This document shows positions 19,155 through 28,677 of a DNA stretch of 64,000 nucleotides, one piece after another. This stretch comes from Desulfosudaceae bacterium (lineage in GTDB: Bacteria > Desulfobacterota > Desulfobacteria > Desulfobacterales > Desulfosudaceae), in assembly GCA_963674745.2 (NCBI GenBank), contig CAXXDV010000003.1, forward strand, positions 1,248,001 to 1,312,000, read 5' to 3'. A model generated the notes under the pieces. The model was given only the letters and a program-made list of their open reading frames with translations, made no database searches and was not told where the DNA came from. The position numbers were made by a program, and so were the translations under genes. Numbering within the stretch: position 1 is the first letter of the stretch; the number at the start of each line of letters is the position of its first letter.

Positions 19155-20159
19155 CTATTTTGACTGAAGCCAGTGGGATAAGTTGTCCAGGCCCTGCCTG
19201 ATGGTGAATTTCGGACGATAGCCGAGTTCATGCCGGGCGGCGGAGATGTCAAACCAGTGCGCGGTGGCCAGTTCTTTGGCCACAAATCGGGTCATGGGCG
19301 GCTCTTTTTTTATCCCGGCCAGCTTATATATCCCTTCCAGCGCAGCACCTACCGACCAGACCACGCCGGCCGGCATGGTGCGGGTGACCGGCGGCAGTCC
19401 CCCGGCTTCCAGGATACCATTGATCATGTCCCACATGGGAATGGGCTCTTCCTGGCTGATAAAGTAAATCCGGCCGGAAAGGGACGGCTCCTCGGCCAGC
19501 CTGTCTCCGGCAAGGACATGGGCTGAGGCCGCGTCATCAATGTAAATGGTGTCGACCAGGTTTTTCCGTTTACCGATTTTAACCAGCTTTTTCGCCCGCG
19601 CCAGAACCCGGGGTACCAGGTGAGGGTCGCCCGGTCCCCAGATCAGATGGGGCCGCAGGATAATGGCGTTGATTTCACCGGCCCGGGCCGCGGCGACAAC
19701 CATCTGTTCGGCCATAGCCTTGGTTTTGGTATAATGCGTGGGAAATGATTCCGGGTAGGGGTATGACTCATCCACGCCTTCCATGTCGGTGCCGTCAAAG
19801 ATGACACTGGGTGAGCTGGTGTGAACCAGCACCGGTATCTGGTGGTGCTTGCAGGCGGTGATAATATTTTCCGTGCCCATCACATTGGGACGGTAGTATT
19901 CCTGATAGCGCCCCCACACGCCCGGTTTTGCGGCGGTATGGAAAATCATGTCCATCCCCTGACTGGCCCGTATGACGACGTTTGGATCGCTGATATCCCC
20001 TTGAATCTGCCGGACGTCAAGGGCTTCAAGTTGACCGTAGCTGTTTCTGGCCAGGCTGGTGACCCGGTCGCCCCTTAACGCCAGCCGGCGGACGATGGCT
20101 GTACCCAGAAAACCGCCTCCGCCGGTGACAAGGATTTTTTTGGGTTTTGTCGTGGTCAT
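19155..20159 (-). CDS. oleD: 2-alkyl-3-oxoalkanoate reductase (3-beta-HSD/epimerase family)
   Basis: VTGGGGFLG, HTAAKPGVWG, TSSPSV, YTKTK, RPHLIWGPGD; last gene of the ole cluster. Confidence 0.85.
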   Translation of the reverse strand: MTTTKPKKILVTGGGGFLGTAIVRRLALRGDRVTSLARNSYGQLEALDVRQIQGDISDPNVVIRASQGMDMIFHTAAKPGVWGRYQEYYRPNVMGTENIITACKHHQIPVLVHTSSPSVIFDGTDMEGVDESYPYPESFPTHYTKTKAMAEQMVVAAARAGEINAIILRPHLIWGPGDPHLVPRVLARAKKLVKIGKRKNLVDTIYIDDAASAHVLAGDRLAEEPSLSGRIYFISQEEPIPMWDMINGILEAGGLPPVTRTMPAGVVWSVGAALEGIYKLAGIKKEPPMTRFVAKELATAHWFDISAARHELGYRPKFTIRQGLDNLSHWLQSK

Positions 20160-21829
20160 TCGGTTTTAATTTTCCCTTCAGCCCAGAGGGCCAGTTTCTC
20201 TCTGAAAATTTTCGAGTTGTGCCGGATGTCAACCGGGAAATTATCATGGAACAGGATATGCGAAATGGATTTCGTCAGGGGTTGGCTTTCGGCCAGCCCC
20301 AGCAGTTCGTTGGCCAGTTCTTTTTTATTAATGCGTTTGTCTTTTATGCTTTCAATGCAGATAACCGGCGTCTGCTTGCCCGGTTTACCGATACCGACCA
20401 GGGCGCTACGGGCGACATCCGGATGCCGGTTGAAAATCGCCTCACAGGGAACGGTAAAAAGGGTTTTCCCGGGTGTGACGACCCGGTGACTTTTACGGCC
20501 GCAGAACCAGAACCGGCCATGGTGATCCATCCAGGCCAGGTCTCCCATGCGATGCCAGAAGCCGTTATCGTCCTTGATTTTAGCCAGGGCATTATCAAGG
20601 CGGCGGTTATAGTAAGACGCTGTTACGTGAGCGCCTTTGACAACGATTTCCCCGGGTTCGCCCTGGGGTACGAGCAGGTCCTCGGACCATTCCTCGATAG
20701 GGGCGTCCGTAATTTTTATCAGCTGAACCGATACGTTTGACAACACCCGCCCGACGCAGTTGCCGAATCCCTGCTCGGTCATTTTGGCGGTTTCCGAGAG
20801 GATTTCACGGCTGCCGATGGAAATGATGGGCACCGCCTCTGAAGCACCGTAAGGGGTGTGGATTTCCGCATCTTCGGAAAGCGCGTGAGAGAATTGTTCT
20901 ATGTTTGACGGATGCACCGGTGCTCCCGCGGATACCACCCGTCGCAAAGGCGGCAATTTAATGCTTTTGCGATGACAGTAGCCCCCGACGCGGTTTAATA
21001 AAGCGGGCGAGGCGAACATGTTGGTCACCCCGTGATTCATGATAGCTTCGATAATTTTTTCGGGATTGACAAAAGCCGGTTTGGTCGGGTCCATGTCCGG
21101 GATGACGGCGGTCATGCCCAGGGCCGGATCAAAGAGGGCGAACAGCGGAAAGGTGGGCAGGTCGACTTCATCGCTGCCGATCTGAAAATGGTCCTGGATC
21201 TGCTGGATCTGGGCGTCAAAATTGCCGTGGGTATAAATCACACCTTTGGCCGGTCCGGTGCTGCCGGTGGTAAACAGGATAGCGGCGGTTTCATCACGGC
21301 CGGTGTTGGCCATGGAATATTTTTCTTTCCCCTTCAAACGAACATCTTTAAGTGTCGGACCGCCCCAGAACCAGCGCCGGCCCACCGTGATACAGGTCTC
21401 GACGGTTTTAAACGCTTTGGGATGGGTGACCCTTAGTGCGTGCGCCAGGGGGATGCCGATAAACGCCCGGGGCTGGCTTTCGGCAAGACAGCTCAACATA
21501 CGCTTGAGTCCCATGCCGGGATCAACCACCACCGGCACGATGCCCGCCTTGAACAGTCCGAAGACCAGGGAAAAAAAATCAAGGCAGGGTTTGACCATGA
21601 GGATGGTGCGGGTTCCACGCCTGATGCCGAATTGCTGGAGCCCGGACGCGATTCTGTCTGAATCGGCGTCGAGCTGGGCAAAGGTGAATTGGGCATAGGT
21701 GATCCGTCCGTAAGGATCTTTCCCCACCGGCGCGATGACGGCCTTTTTGTAAGGGAATGCCGCGGCCATCTGTTTCAGGCGTGCTGCAATATTAACGGTC
21801 GATGCGTTCTCTGATGATGTTTGTGGCAT
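20156..21829 (-). CDS. oleC: Olefin beta-lactone synthetase (AMP-binding)
   Basis: VDPGMG, FTTGSTGPAKGV, DLPTFPLFALF, TPYGASE, WHRMGD, CGRKSHRV, FPVDIRHNSKIFREKL. Confidence 0.9.
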   Translation of the reverse strand: MPQTSSENASTVNIAARLKQMAAAFPYKKAVIAPVGKDPYGRITYAQFTFAQLDADSDRIASGLQQFGIRRGTRTILMVKPCLDFFSLVFGLFKAGIVPVVVDPGMGLKRMLSCLAESQPRAFIGIPLAHALRVTHPKAFKTVETCITVGRRWFWGGPTLKDVRLKGKEKYSMANTGRDETAAILFTTGSTGPAKGVIYTHGNFDAQIQQIQDHFQIGSDEVDLPTFPLFALFDPALGMTAVIPDMDPTKPAFVNPEKIIEAIMNHGVTNMFASPALLNRVGGYCHRKSIKLPPLRRVVSAGAPVHPSNIEQFSHALSEDAEIHTPYGASEAVPIISIGSREILSETAKMTEQGFGNCVGRVLSNVSVQLIKITDAPIEEWSEDLLVPQGEPGEIVVKGAHVTASYYNRRLDNALAKIKDDNGFWHRMGDLAWMDHHGRFWFCGRKSHRVVTPGKTLFTVPCEAIFNRHPDVARSALVGIGKPGKQTPVICIESIKDKRINKKELANELLGLAESQPLTKSISHILFHDNFPVDIRHNSKIFREKLALWAEGKIKTE

Positions 21830-21853
21830 CGTTATGGTCCTGTTCGCCTGCTG

Positions 21854-22756
21854 TCAGTCTGTTTTTTTTAGAAACGCGTCAATTATTTCCGGAACTTTTT
21901 GCGGTTCATCCTCAAGAAGGTAATGACCGGCCTGCTCAAATAGATGGCTTTCGGCCTCCGGAAACCTGCGTCGCCACTCGTCAAAATAGGTGTCGTCAAA
22001 TACAAAGTCATGCTTTCCCCAGCAGATGAGCATGGGCAGGCCCTCAAGCATATGCAGGTTTTCATCCAGAAACCGTCCCAGGGTGTAACTGGGGTCGCTT
22101 TCTTTAACGGCAATATCCTGGACAAACTTTAAGGTGGCAATCCGGTTGGCCCAGCTGTTGTATGGCGCGATTAGGCCTTTTTTAACATCCCGGGGAAGCT
22201 TTTTGTAGGGCGCCATGATCAAGGCCGCCCGGCAGAACAGGTTGGCGCCCAGAATACCGGGAACGGCCAGGGGGGTCAGGTAGCGCAGCAACCAGAGCCT
22301 CAAGGGCAGGGCCTTGCCGGCCGGTTTGAGAAAGGCGGCCGTGTTGGTAATCACGACTCGTTTGAGCATGTCCCGGTTCCTGAGGGCGAACGTACATCCG
22401 ATAAATCCGCCCCAGTCATGAACGATAAGGGTAAGGTTGTCTTTGATATCCAGCTGCCGGACCAGTTCTTCTACGTCACTGACCCGGTTTTCCAGGCGGT
22501 ATCCGTAATCCCTGGCCGGCGGCTTATCGGAAAGGCCGCAGCCGATATGATCCGGACAGATGACACGATAACGCGGCGATAGTTTTTTGATTAATTCCCG
22601 GTAGTAAAAAGACCAGGTGGGGTTACCGTGCAGCATCAGCACGGGCTCGCCCCGGCCCTCGTCAAGATAGTGATATTTAAGACCGTTAATGTCCGCATAG
22701 TGGGATTTAAACGGGTAAAGGTGCGCAAAGGCGCTTATATCGACGGTTCCGGTCAT
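21854..22756 (-). CDS. oleB: Beta-lactone decarboxylase (haloalkane-dehalogenase-like alpha/beta hydrolase)
   Basis: HGNPTWSFYYR, PDHIGCGLSDKP, HDWGG, WGKHDFVF, AGHYLLED; TAATG coupling to oleA. Confidence 0.88.
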   Translation of the reverse strand: MTGTVDISAFAHLYPFKSHYADINGLKYHYLDEGRGEPVLMLHGNPTWSFYYRELIKKLSPRYRVICPDHIGCGLSDKPPARDYGYRLENRVSDVEELVRQLDIKDNLTLIVHDWGGFIGCTFALRNRDMLKRVVITNTAAFLKPAGKALPLRLWLLRYLTPLAVPGILGANLFCRAALIMAPYKKLPRDVKKGLIAPYNSWANRIATLKFVQDIAVKESDPSYTLGRFLDENLHMLEGLPMLICWGKHDFVFDDTYFDEWRRRFPEAESHLFEQAGHYLLEDEPQKVPEIIDAFLKKTD

Positions 22757-23805
22757 TACCATTCCACTCCCAGCATCAGGCAGTTCAAGCCGCTGCCGAT
22801 ACCCAGAAAACCCACCAGGTCGCCGGGCTGGAGAAATTCCCGTTCATCGGCAATGGCGGCGGTAACGGGCAGTGAGACCGTTCCCATGTTGGCAAAATAT
22901 TGATAGGTGGGGAAATCTTTTTCAGGGGCAACGCCGATCGCTTTTAAGATGGCGCGCTGGTTGGCTTCGCCGACCTGGTGACAGATGACCTTGTCCGGTT
23001 TATCATCCCCGAAACCGAGTTCCTTTTTGAAGGCGGCAAACGTCTCCTGGCCGAGCTTGACACCGTTTTTCAGGACACCTACCGAATCGGTTTCCATTTT
23101 GTAGGGCGCGCTGGACGGCACGCCGGTGTCCGGCCCCCAGATACAGAGCCGGTGGTGTTCCACGGCGTTTTTAACAACGCCGCCGAGAAGGCGGTGGCGC
23201 CGGTAATCGGCCTCGGGTATGGCTTCGCCGGTCATGATAACGGCCACCGCGCCGGAACCGCCGGTCAACACGGCCATGGATCTTTTAAAGGATTCCATGT
23301 CGCATTCGGCATTCATGCGGTCAATGGTCAGGTCCACGATCTGGCGGGCCGATTCACAGGAGACCACCATGCCGGCTTTTATCTGGCCCAGTTCGATGGC
23401 ATTGGCTACTTCGATCATGCCGCTGACAACACCCAGACAGGCATTGGAAATATCACAAACTTTGGCGTCGGCGTTCAGGCCCAGGCCGCTGGCCACGGAA
23501 CAGGCCGTGGCCGGCTCCATATTGTCCCGGCAGACCCCGCAGTAAACCAGCATGCCCAGGTCATCCGGCGTAACAGCGGAATTGGCCAGGGCTTTTTTAC
23601 CGGCTTTGATGGTTCCGGTATACATGGGTTCGCCGGGATCCCAGAAGCGACGTTCCTGAATACCGGTCAACGCCTGTAACTGGCCCTGACGCAAATTTAA
23701 TCGCTGATAAATCGGGGCAAGTCTTTCTTCGAGTTCAGCTGAACTGATGACGTTCGGAGCAAGTTCGTAGCCAAAGGCATCTATAAAAACATGTTGATAA
23801 CGCAT
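22756..23805 (-). CDS. oleA: Acyl-CoA condensing enzyme (FabH/thiolase fold)
   Basis: LTGIQERRFW, GVCRDNMEPATA, DISNACLG, ICHQVG, NMGTVSLP, LGIGSGLNCLMLGVEW. Confidence 0.9.
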   Translation of the reverse strand: MRYQHVFIDAFGYELAPNVISSAELEERLAPIYQRLNLRQGQLQALTGIQERRFWDPGEPMYTGTIKAGKKALANSAVTPDDLGMLVYCGVCRDNMEPATACSVASGLGLNADAKVCDISNACLGVVSGMIEVANAIELGQIKAGMVVSCESARQIVDLTIDRMNAECDMESFKRSMAVLTGGSGAVAVIMTGEAIPEADYRRHRLLGGVVKNAVEHHRLCIWGPDTGVPSSAPYKMETDSVGVLKNGVKLGQETFAAFKKELGFGDDKPDKVICHQVGEANQRAILKAIGVAPEKDFPTYQYFANMGTVSLPVTAAIADEREFLQPGDLVGFLGIGSGLNCLMLGVEW

Positions 23806-23910
23806 TTTTTTGAATGGTTCCCCGTGATTGTCTATCGACTGTGAATATTTGCCAACGCTATAATTTAAGGCCTTTGACTGTCAAGAGTTTTCATCGGTCC
23901 GGAACCTGTC

Positions 23911-24906
23911 TCAGTTGCTGTCATTTGCATCCCGTTTTGATCCGGACATCCGGTCCAGGGCCAGTACCAGGATAACACCGATCACCGCCAGCAGAACGGC
24001 CAGCATAAACGCGGAACTGAAATCAGGCGGCAGTATATTCTGTTCTTTCAAGACATGGGGCTCACCGCGGATGATAATACTCTCCAGCGTCTCCTTCCAG
24101 GGCCAGATTTTGCGCAAAGATCCGGCCATCAGACCGGTTAAAAAGGCCAGGGTGGCGTTGTGCCATCTATCCAGCAACCATTTTAAAAAGCGGGAAAAGC
24201 AGAGGATGCCGGCCGCTGTACCGGCGCAATAAACGAATATAATGATCATGTTGGCCGGTAGAAACGGGTTTTTTAAAGTGGCCGTTAGAAATTCGTATTT
24301 GCCGAGAATCAGCAGAATAAAGGCACCGCTTAAGCCGGGCAGCAGCATGGCACAGATGGCGATAAATCCGGCCAGAAAGAGGAACCACAGTTCTTCCGGG
24401 GTGGATACCGGAATCAGGCCCACGACCAGCCAGGCAACCGCGCTTCCGGCAATAAAGGAAAGCGTAGCCGAAGTGTTCCAGGGGCGTACCTTTTTGCCCA
24501 CCATCAGGATAGACGCGACAATCAGCCCGAAAAACAGGCTCCAGGTATAAACCGGATGGTTGTTGATCAGGTAATTCATCAGCCTGGCCAGGCTGATAAT
24601 GGCTGTTCCGATGCCGATAAACAGAAAAAAAAGAAAACGTATGTGGACCATGGCCAGCGCGCCTTTTATATCACCTGTCAGCAATCGTTTTAAGGCCGCT
24701 GTATTGATTGATTTTATGGCCGCCAGAAGATCTTCATAAATACCGGTGATCAGGGCGATGGTGCCGCCGGAAACACCGGGAACAACATCGGCGCTGCCCA
24801 TACACAGCCCTTTTATGGATAAAAAGGCCGAATCTTTTATCGTGTCAGGACCGGGGCTGTTCTGGACGGCCTGTTTCCATGTCATGGGAGAGGTCTGTTT
24901 GTTCAT
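23911..24906 (-). CDS. DUF368 membrane protein (undecaprenyl-phosphate translocase family)
   Basis: MGSADVVPGVSGGTIALITGIYE, AMLLPGLSGAFILLILGKY, GSLRKIWPW. Confidence 0.88.
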   Translation of the reverse strand: MNKQTSPMTWKQAVQNSPGPDTIKDSAFLSIKGLCMGSADVVPGVSGGTIALITGIYEDLLAAIKSINTAALKRLLTGDIKGALAMVHIRFLFFLFIGIGTAIISLARLMNYLINNHPVYTWSLFFGLIVASILMVGKKVRPWNTSATLSFIAGSAVAWLVVGLIPVSTPEELWFLFLAGFIAICAMLLPGLSGAFILLILGKYEFLTATLKNPFLPANMIIIFVYCAGTAAGILCFSRFLKWLLDRWHNATLAFLTGLMAGSLRKIWPWKETLESIIIRGEPHVLKEQNILPPDFSSAFMLAVLLAVIGVILVLALDRMSGSKRDANDSN

Positions 24907-24947
24907 TATTCTTCCTGAAATTGCTGCCCGCGGGCATGGTTATGTGA

Positions 24948-26045
24948 TTATGAGGCTGTCTCCGGGGCGGGAGAGGGATCGGGCTGATTTTTTTCTTTAA
25001 TGTGCTTAAACCAGGTTTTCAGAACAGCGTGAACCAGGGTTGCCAGCGGGATGGCAAAAAACAGGCCCCACATTCCCCAGAAACCGCCGAAAACCAGGAT
25101 GGCCACGATAATGGCCACGGGATGGAGGTCCACCACCTCGGACAGCAGCAGCGGGGCGAGCAGGTTTCCGTCCAGAGCCTGGAGGATGCCGTAGGCGATC
25201 ATGATCCAGATAAAGTCGGAGGTGACGCCCCACTGGAAGAAGCCGATCAGGGCAACCGGGAAGAACATCAGGGTGGCGCCGATATACGGGGCCAGAACCG
25301 AAAGACCCACGGCCATGGATACCAGCAGGGCGAATTTTAAGCCCAGGATACTAAACAGGATATAGCTGGCTACCCAGACAATGGCAATTTCCCAGATTTT
25401 CCCCCTGACATAATTGGCCACCTGCACATTGGCCTCCTGCCATACTTCGGCTGCCAGGCGGGTGTTATCCGGCAGAAAAGCCTTTAGCCAGGACAGGATC
25501 TTGATTTTGTCTTTCAAAAAGAAAAAAACCATCAGGGGAACCAGGATAAGGTAAATGACAATGGTCATGATGCTTCGTACCGAGGCAATTGAGATTGAAA
25601 GTATGTGCTGACCCAGCCGGGTGATTTCCGATTTCAGAAAAATGATGAAATCGGTTATTTGAGATTCTGAGATCAGTTCCGGATATCGTTCGGGCATCTG
25701 CATCAATTCTTTCTGGCCATTGGCAACCAGGGCCGGCAGTTCCTGGATCATCTGGGCCACCTGCTTTGACAGCAACGGCAGAAAAACGATGATGACAGAC
25801 AGCAGGCCCAGAACAAATAAAGAGAAAATCACCGGCATGGCGATTTTTCGAGGAATCCGGATCTTTACCAGAAGGCCTACCAACCCTTCAAGAAGGTAGG
25901 CAATGACAACGGCGGCAAAAACAGGTGCCAGCACATCGCCGAAAAAGATGATCAGCAGAAATCCGCAGATCAGCAGCATCAGCAGAATGACAATCTGCGG
26001 GTCGGAAAGATGTTGTTTGTACCAGTCTTTAAATTGTTGAATCAT
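24948..26045 (-). CDS. AI-2E/PerM family transporter
   Basis: Multi-TM; NYVRGKIWE, APYIGA, LDGNLLAP, LHPVAII, GLFFAIPLA. Confidence 0.9.
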   Translation of the reverse strand: MIQQFKDWYKQHLSDPQIVILLMLLICGFLLIIFFGDVLAPVFAAVVIAYLLEGLVGLLVKIRIPRKIAMPVIFSLFVLGLLSVIIVFLPLLSKQVAQMIQELPALVANGQKELMQMPERYPELISESQITDFIIFLKSEITRLGQHILSISIASVRSIMTIVIYLILVPLMVFFFLKDKIKILSWLKAFLPDNTRLAAEVWQEANVQVANYVRGKIWEIAIVWVASYILFSILGLKFALLVSMAVGLSVLAPYIGATLMFFPVALIGFFQWGVTSDFIWIMIAYGILQALDGNLLAPLLLSEVVDLHPVAIIVAILVFGGFWGMWGLFFAIPLATLVHAVLKTWFKHIKEKNQPDPSPAPETAS

Positions 26046-26133
26046 GCCTGTAATGGATTCTAATGTTCAAGTTAAGGGTGAACCGGTTATCCCATCTTTT
26101 ATATTAAATCCCATGTCGATTGTCCAGATGTGA

Positions 26134-26310
26134 ATATAGGGCACCTCTAAAAATTGTCTTTTGGCCCGATCTCGGCGTTGTGCTCAAATTTTAATCCTCG
26201 AAATACGCCAATCAGGGCACGGCACGCCGTGCCCCTACAATATTATTGCGGTTAAATTTTCGCACGCCTTGATCTCGAACTAAAAGACAATTTTTAGAGA
26301 TACCCTATAT
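26134..26310. mobile_element. MITE-like element with 29-bp terminal inverted repeats and an inserted GTAG-REP
   Basis: atatagggcacctctaaaaattgtctttt / aaaagacaatttttagagataccctatat (2 mismatches); nested internal stems; REP gggcacggcacgccgtgcccctac at 26215-26238. Confidence 0.8.
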
Positions 26311-26316
26311 TTTGTT

Positions 26317-28143
26317 TTACCTGTTTTGTTCTGAAGCCTTGTCTCGCTCAAGTATGGTTAAAAATTGCCGGTATTGCGTATTGCCCGGGTCAAAGACAAG
26401 GGCCTGGCCAACATGGTAAACAGCTTCATCAATTTTATCCGCCTGGTTGAGCACCAGCGCCAGTCGGAAATGAAGGCCGGGTGACCGGGTATTGATCCGC
26501 AGCGCCTGTTTGAAATACCTGATGGCCCGGGCAAGGTCGCCTCTATTGGCTTCCAGAACCGCCAGATTTTCATAGGCCGTGTCGTAGTTCGGGTTTATCG
26601 CCACGGCCTGCCGATAGTGATAAAGTGCGGCAGCCGTGTTACCGGTTTTTTGATACAATGCGCCGAGGTTGTTGTGCAGCCGGGCATCGTTTGGCTGTTT
26701 TTTCAGGGCCTTTTTTAAAAACGAAATGGCCTTTTCAATGTCGCCTGCCTTAAGCCATGTGTTGGCCAGATTGATAAGGGATTTGATATGATCCGGTTTG
26801 ATGGCCAGGGCTTTTTCAAAATACCCGATGGCTGTATCCCAGTCGCCTTCTGAAACCAGGGCCTGGGCCAGGTAGTTATATGCCTCGTAATTGTTTTTAG
26901 TGACGTTTGCCGAATGGAACATGAGGGTAACGGAATTTTTCCAGCGGCCGGCCTGTTGCCAGGACAAGAAGGCCAGAATCATGATGATTAAAACAGCACC
27001 GGTTTTAATCGGCAGCTTTGGAATGGGGCGCTTCTGCAATATGGCGTCTATCCCCCAGCAGATTGCTATCAGAAGGCCGATCATGGGCAGGTATACATAA
27101 TGGTCGGCCCTGGCCTGGGTGCCGACCTGGGCGATTCCGGAAAGCGGGAACAACATGCCGGCAAACCACAACCAGCCGGTGATGAGAAAGGGGGCTCGAT
27201 ACATGACGCGTAATGAAAACAGCGTGATAGAAATCAGGATCAGGAGGGCGCCGCTGATCTTCCAGGCCGGAAAACTTTCCGGGAAAGGATAATAAACCGC
27301 CAGGTTGACCGGCAACAGGATCTGCCGGATAAATTTCACATAAGTAAGAAAAGCATTCATCAGGCGTTCGTCAAAAGGGTAGCGTTCGATGCCGGGAGAT
27401 GATGAAATATCATGGGACAGCAGGACAATGAAAACAAGCACGGCCATGATACCGAAAAAAGGAAATTTTTCCCATATGGCCGACCGTATTTTTTTAATGC
27501 TGAGCCGGGGACGAGAATCATTGCCGCCGGTTTCCCTGAGCCGGTCGAGCGGCCAGTAATCAAGCAGAATCAATAAAAAGGGCAGGCCCGGAAACATGGG
27601 CAGGGCAAAAAGACTGGCCGTATAACAGAAAAGCGTGGCCGCGTACCAGCCGCTGGAGCGACGGGCGGCATAAAAGCTGTAGGCATAAATCGTCAACAGG
27701 CAGAAAAAGACGCACAACAGCACCCTGATACCGACCAGCCAGGCGACGGCCTCCACGTTGACGGGGTGGACCGCGAAAAGGGCCGCGACCAGGGCACTTT
27801 TCCACAGGGCTCCGGTCAATTGGAAGAGCAGCAGAAAGAGAATGATGGCGTTGACCGCGTGGACAAAGGCCGCGACGGTATGGTAGGGGCCGAAATTGGT
27901 GTCGAACAGCTCCATCTCAATGCCGATAAACAGGTAGGTGAAAGGCATCCAGATACCGGCCACCAGGTTGGTCATGGCTTCTTTAAAGACCGGGATCGAA
28001 TAGGCATTGTGAATATACGGGTTGGTGGTGATGTAAAAATCATCGGCATTGATCTGATCATGGGCGCCGATTTGCCAGTAAACACAGAGCGTCAGGATGA
28101 TAAGAAACAGGCAGATGAATATTTTAAGCGCAGATGTCTTCAA
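26317..28143 (-). CDS. Multi-TM protein with C-terminal TPR repeats (TMTC-like, putative GT-C glycosyltransferase)
   Basis: DDFYITTNP, LFAVHPVNVEAVAW, LLDYWPL, ADHYVYLP, W-K-N-S, followed by several TPR motifs. Confidence 0.8.
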   Translation of the reverse strand: MKTSALKIFICLFLIILTLCVYWQIGAHDQINADDFYITTNPYIHNAYSIPVFKEAMTNLVAGIWMPFTYLFIGIEMELFDTNFGPYHTVAAFVHAVNAIILFLLLFQLTGALWKSALVAALFAVHPVNVEAVAWLVGIRVLLCVFFCLLTIYAYSFYAARRSSGWYAATLFCYTASLFALPMFPGLPFLLILLDYWPLDRLRETGGNDSRPRLSIKKIRSAIWEKFPFFGIMAVLVFIVLLSHDISSSPGIERYPFDERLMNAFLTYVKFIRQILLPVNLAVYYPFPESFPAWKISGALLILISITLFSLRVMYRAPFLITGWLWFAGMLFPLSGIAQVGTQARADHYVYLPMIGLLIAICWGIDAILQKRPIPKLPIKTGAVLIIMILAFLSWQQAGRWKNSVTLMFHSANVTKNNYEAYNYLAQALVSEGDWDTAIGYFEKALAIKPDHIKSLINLANTWLKAGDIEKAISFLKKALKKQPNDARLHNNLGALYQKTGNTAAALYHYRQAVAINPNYDTAYENLAVLEANRGDLARAIRYFKQALRINTRSPGLHFRLALVLNQADKIDEAVYHVGQALVFDPGNTQYRQFLTILERDKASEQNR

Positions 28144-28254
28144 CCCGGTGTCCGTCAGTAAAGTTATCTATAAGAATAATGAGCTGTTTTTAATGGGTAT
28201 TTTAAATAACAAAAATGCGGAATGAAGTCAAAGGTTTTAGGCTTTAGATATAAG

Positions 28255-28320
28255 CATATCGAGGATTGCAATTTGAGCACAACGTCGATATCGGGCTAAA
28301 CGGCATTTTTCAGGTACCAT
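28255..28320 (-). mobile_element. Partial (left-arm) copy of the 26134 MITE-like element
   Basis: Reverse complement ggtacctgaaaaatgccgtttagcccgatatcgacgttgtgctcaaattgcaatcctcgatat aligns by eye with 26140-26205. Confidence 0.7.
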
Positions 28321-28410
28321 TATATAATATTTACAAGAACACCATATATCATTTATTTATAAAATATAATAAACTGACGGTGTCTATTGAAAAGGAGCCC
28401 TGACAGCGCC

Positions 28411-28641
28411 ATGTTAATGGTCAAAATTATTGGTTTTTATGCTTTACTGGTCGTTTTTATTGTTGTCTCCTGGTTTTGGCACCGGCTGTGGTTCAAAGAC
28501 AATGTACCGGAACGATTGCGGAATACGGAAAACCAGGATGTGAAACAAGGCGCGAATACCGCCGCCAGGGTGGGAACGGTTGTGCTTGTTCTAACCGTAT
28601 TGATTGGCATATACCTGATCATATATGCATTACTGGCATAG
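28411..28641 (+). CDS. Small two-TM hypothetical membrane protein
   Basis: AAAGGAG upstream; two hydrophobic helices. Confidence 0.6.
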   Translation: MLMVKIIGFYALLVVFIVVSWFWHRLWFKDNVPERLRNTENQDVKQGANTAARVGTVVLVLTVLIGIYLIIYALLA

Positions 28642-28677
28642 CCCGATGGCTTTAAAGAGGGTTTTTTGGGAAAAAAT

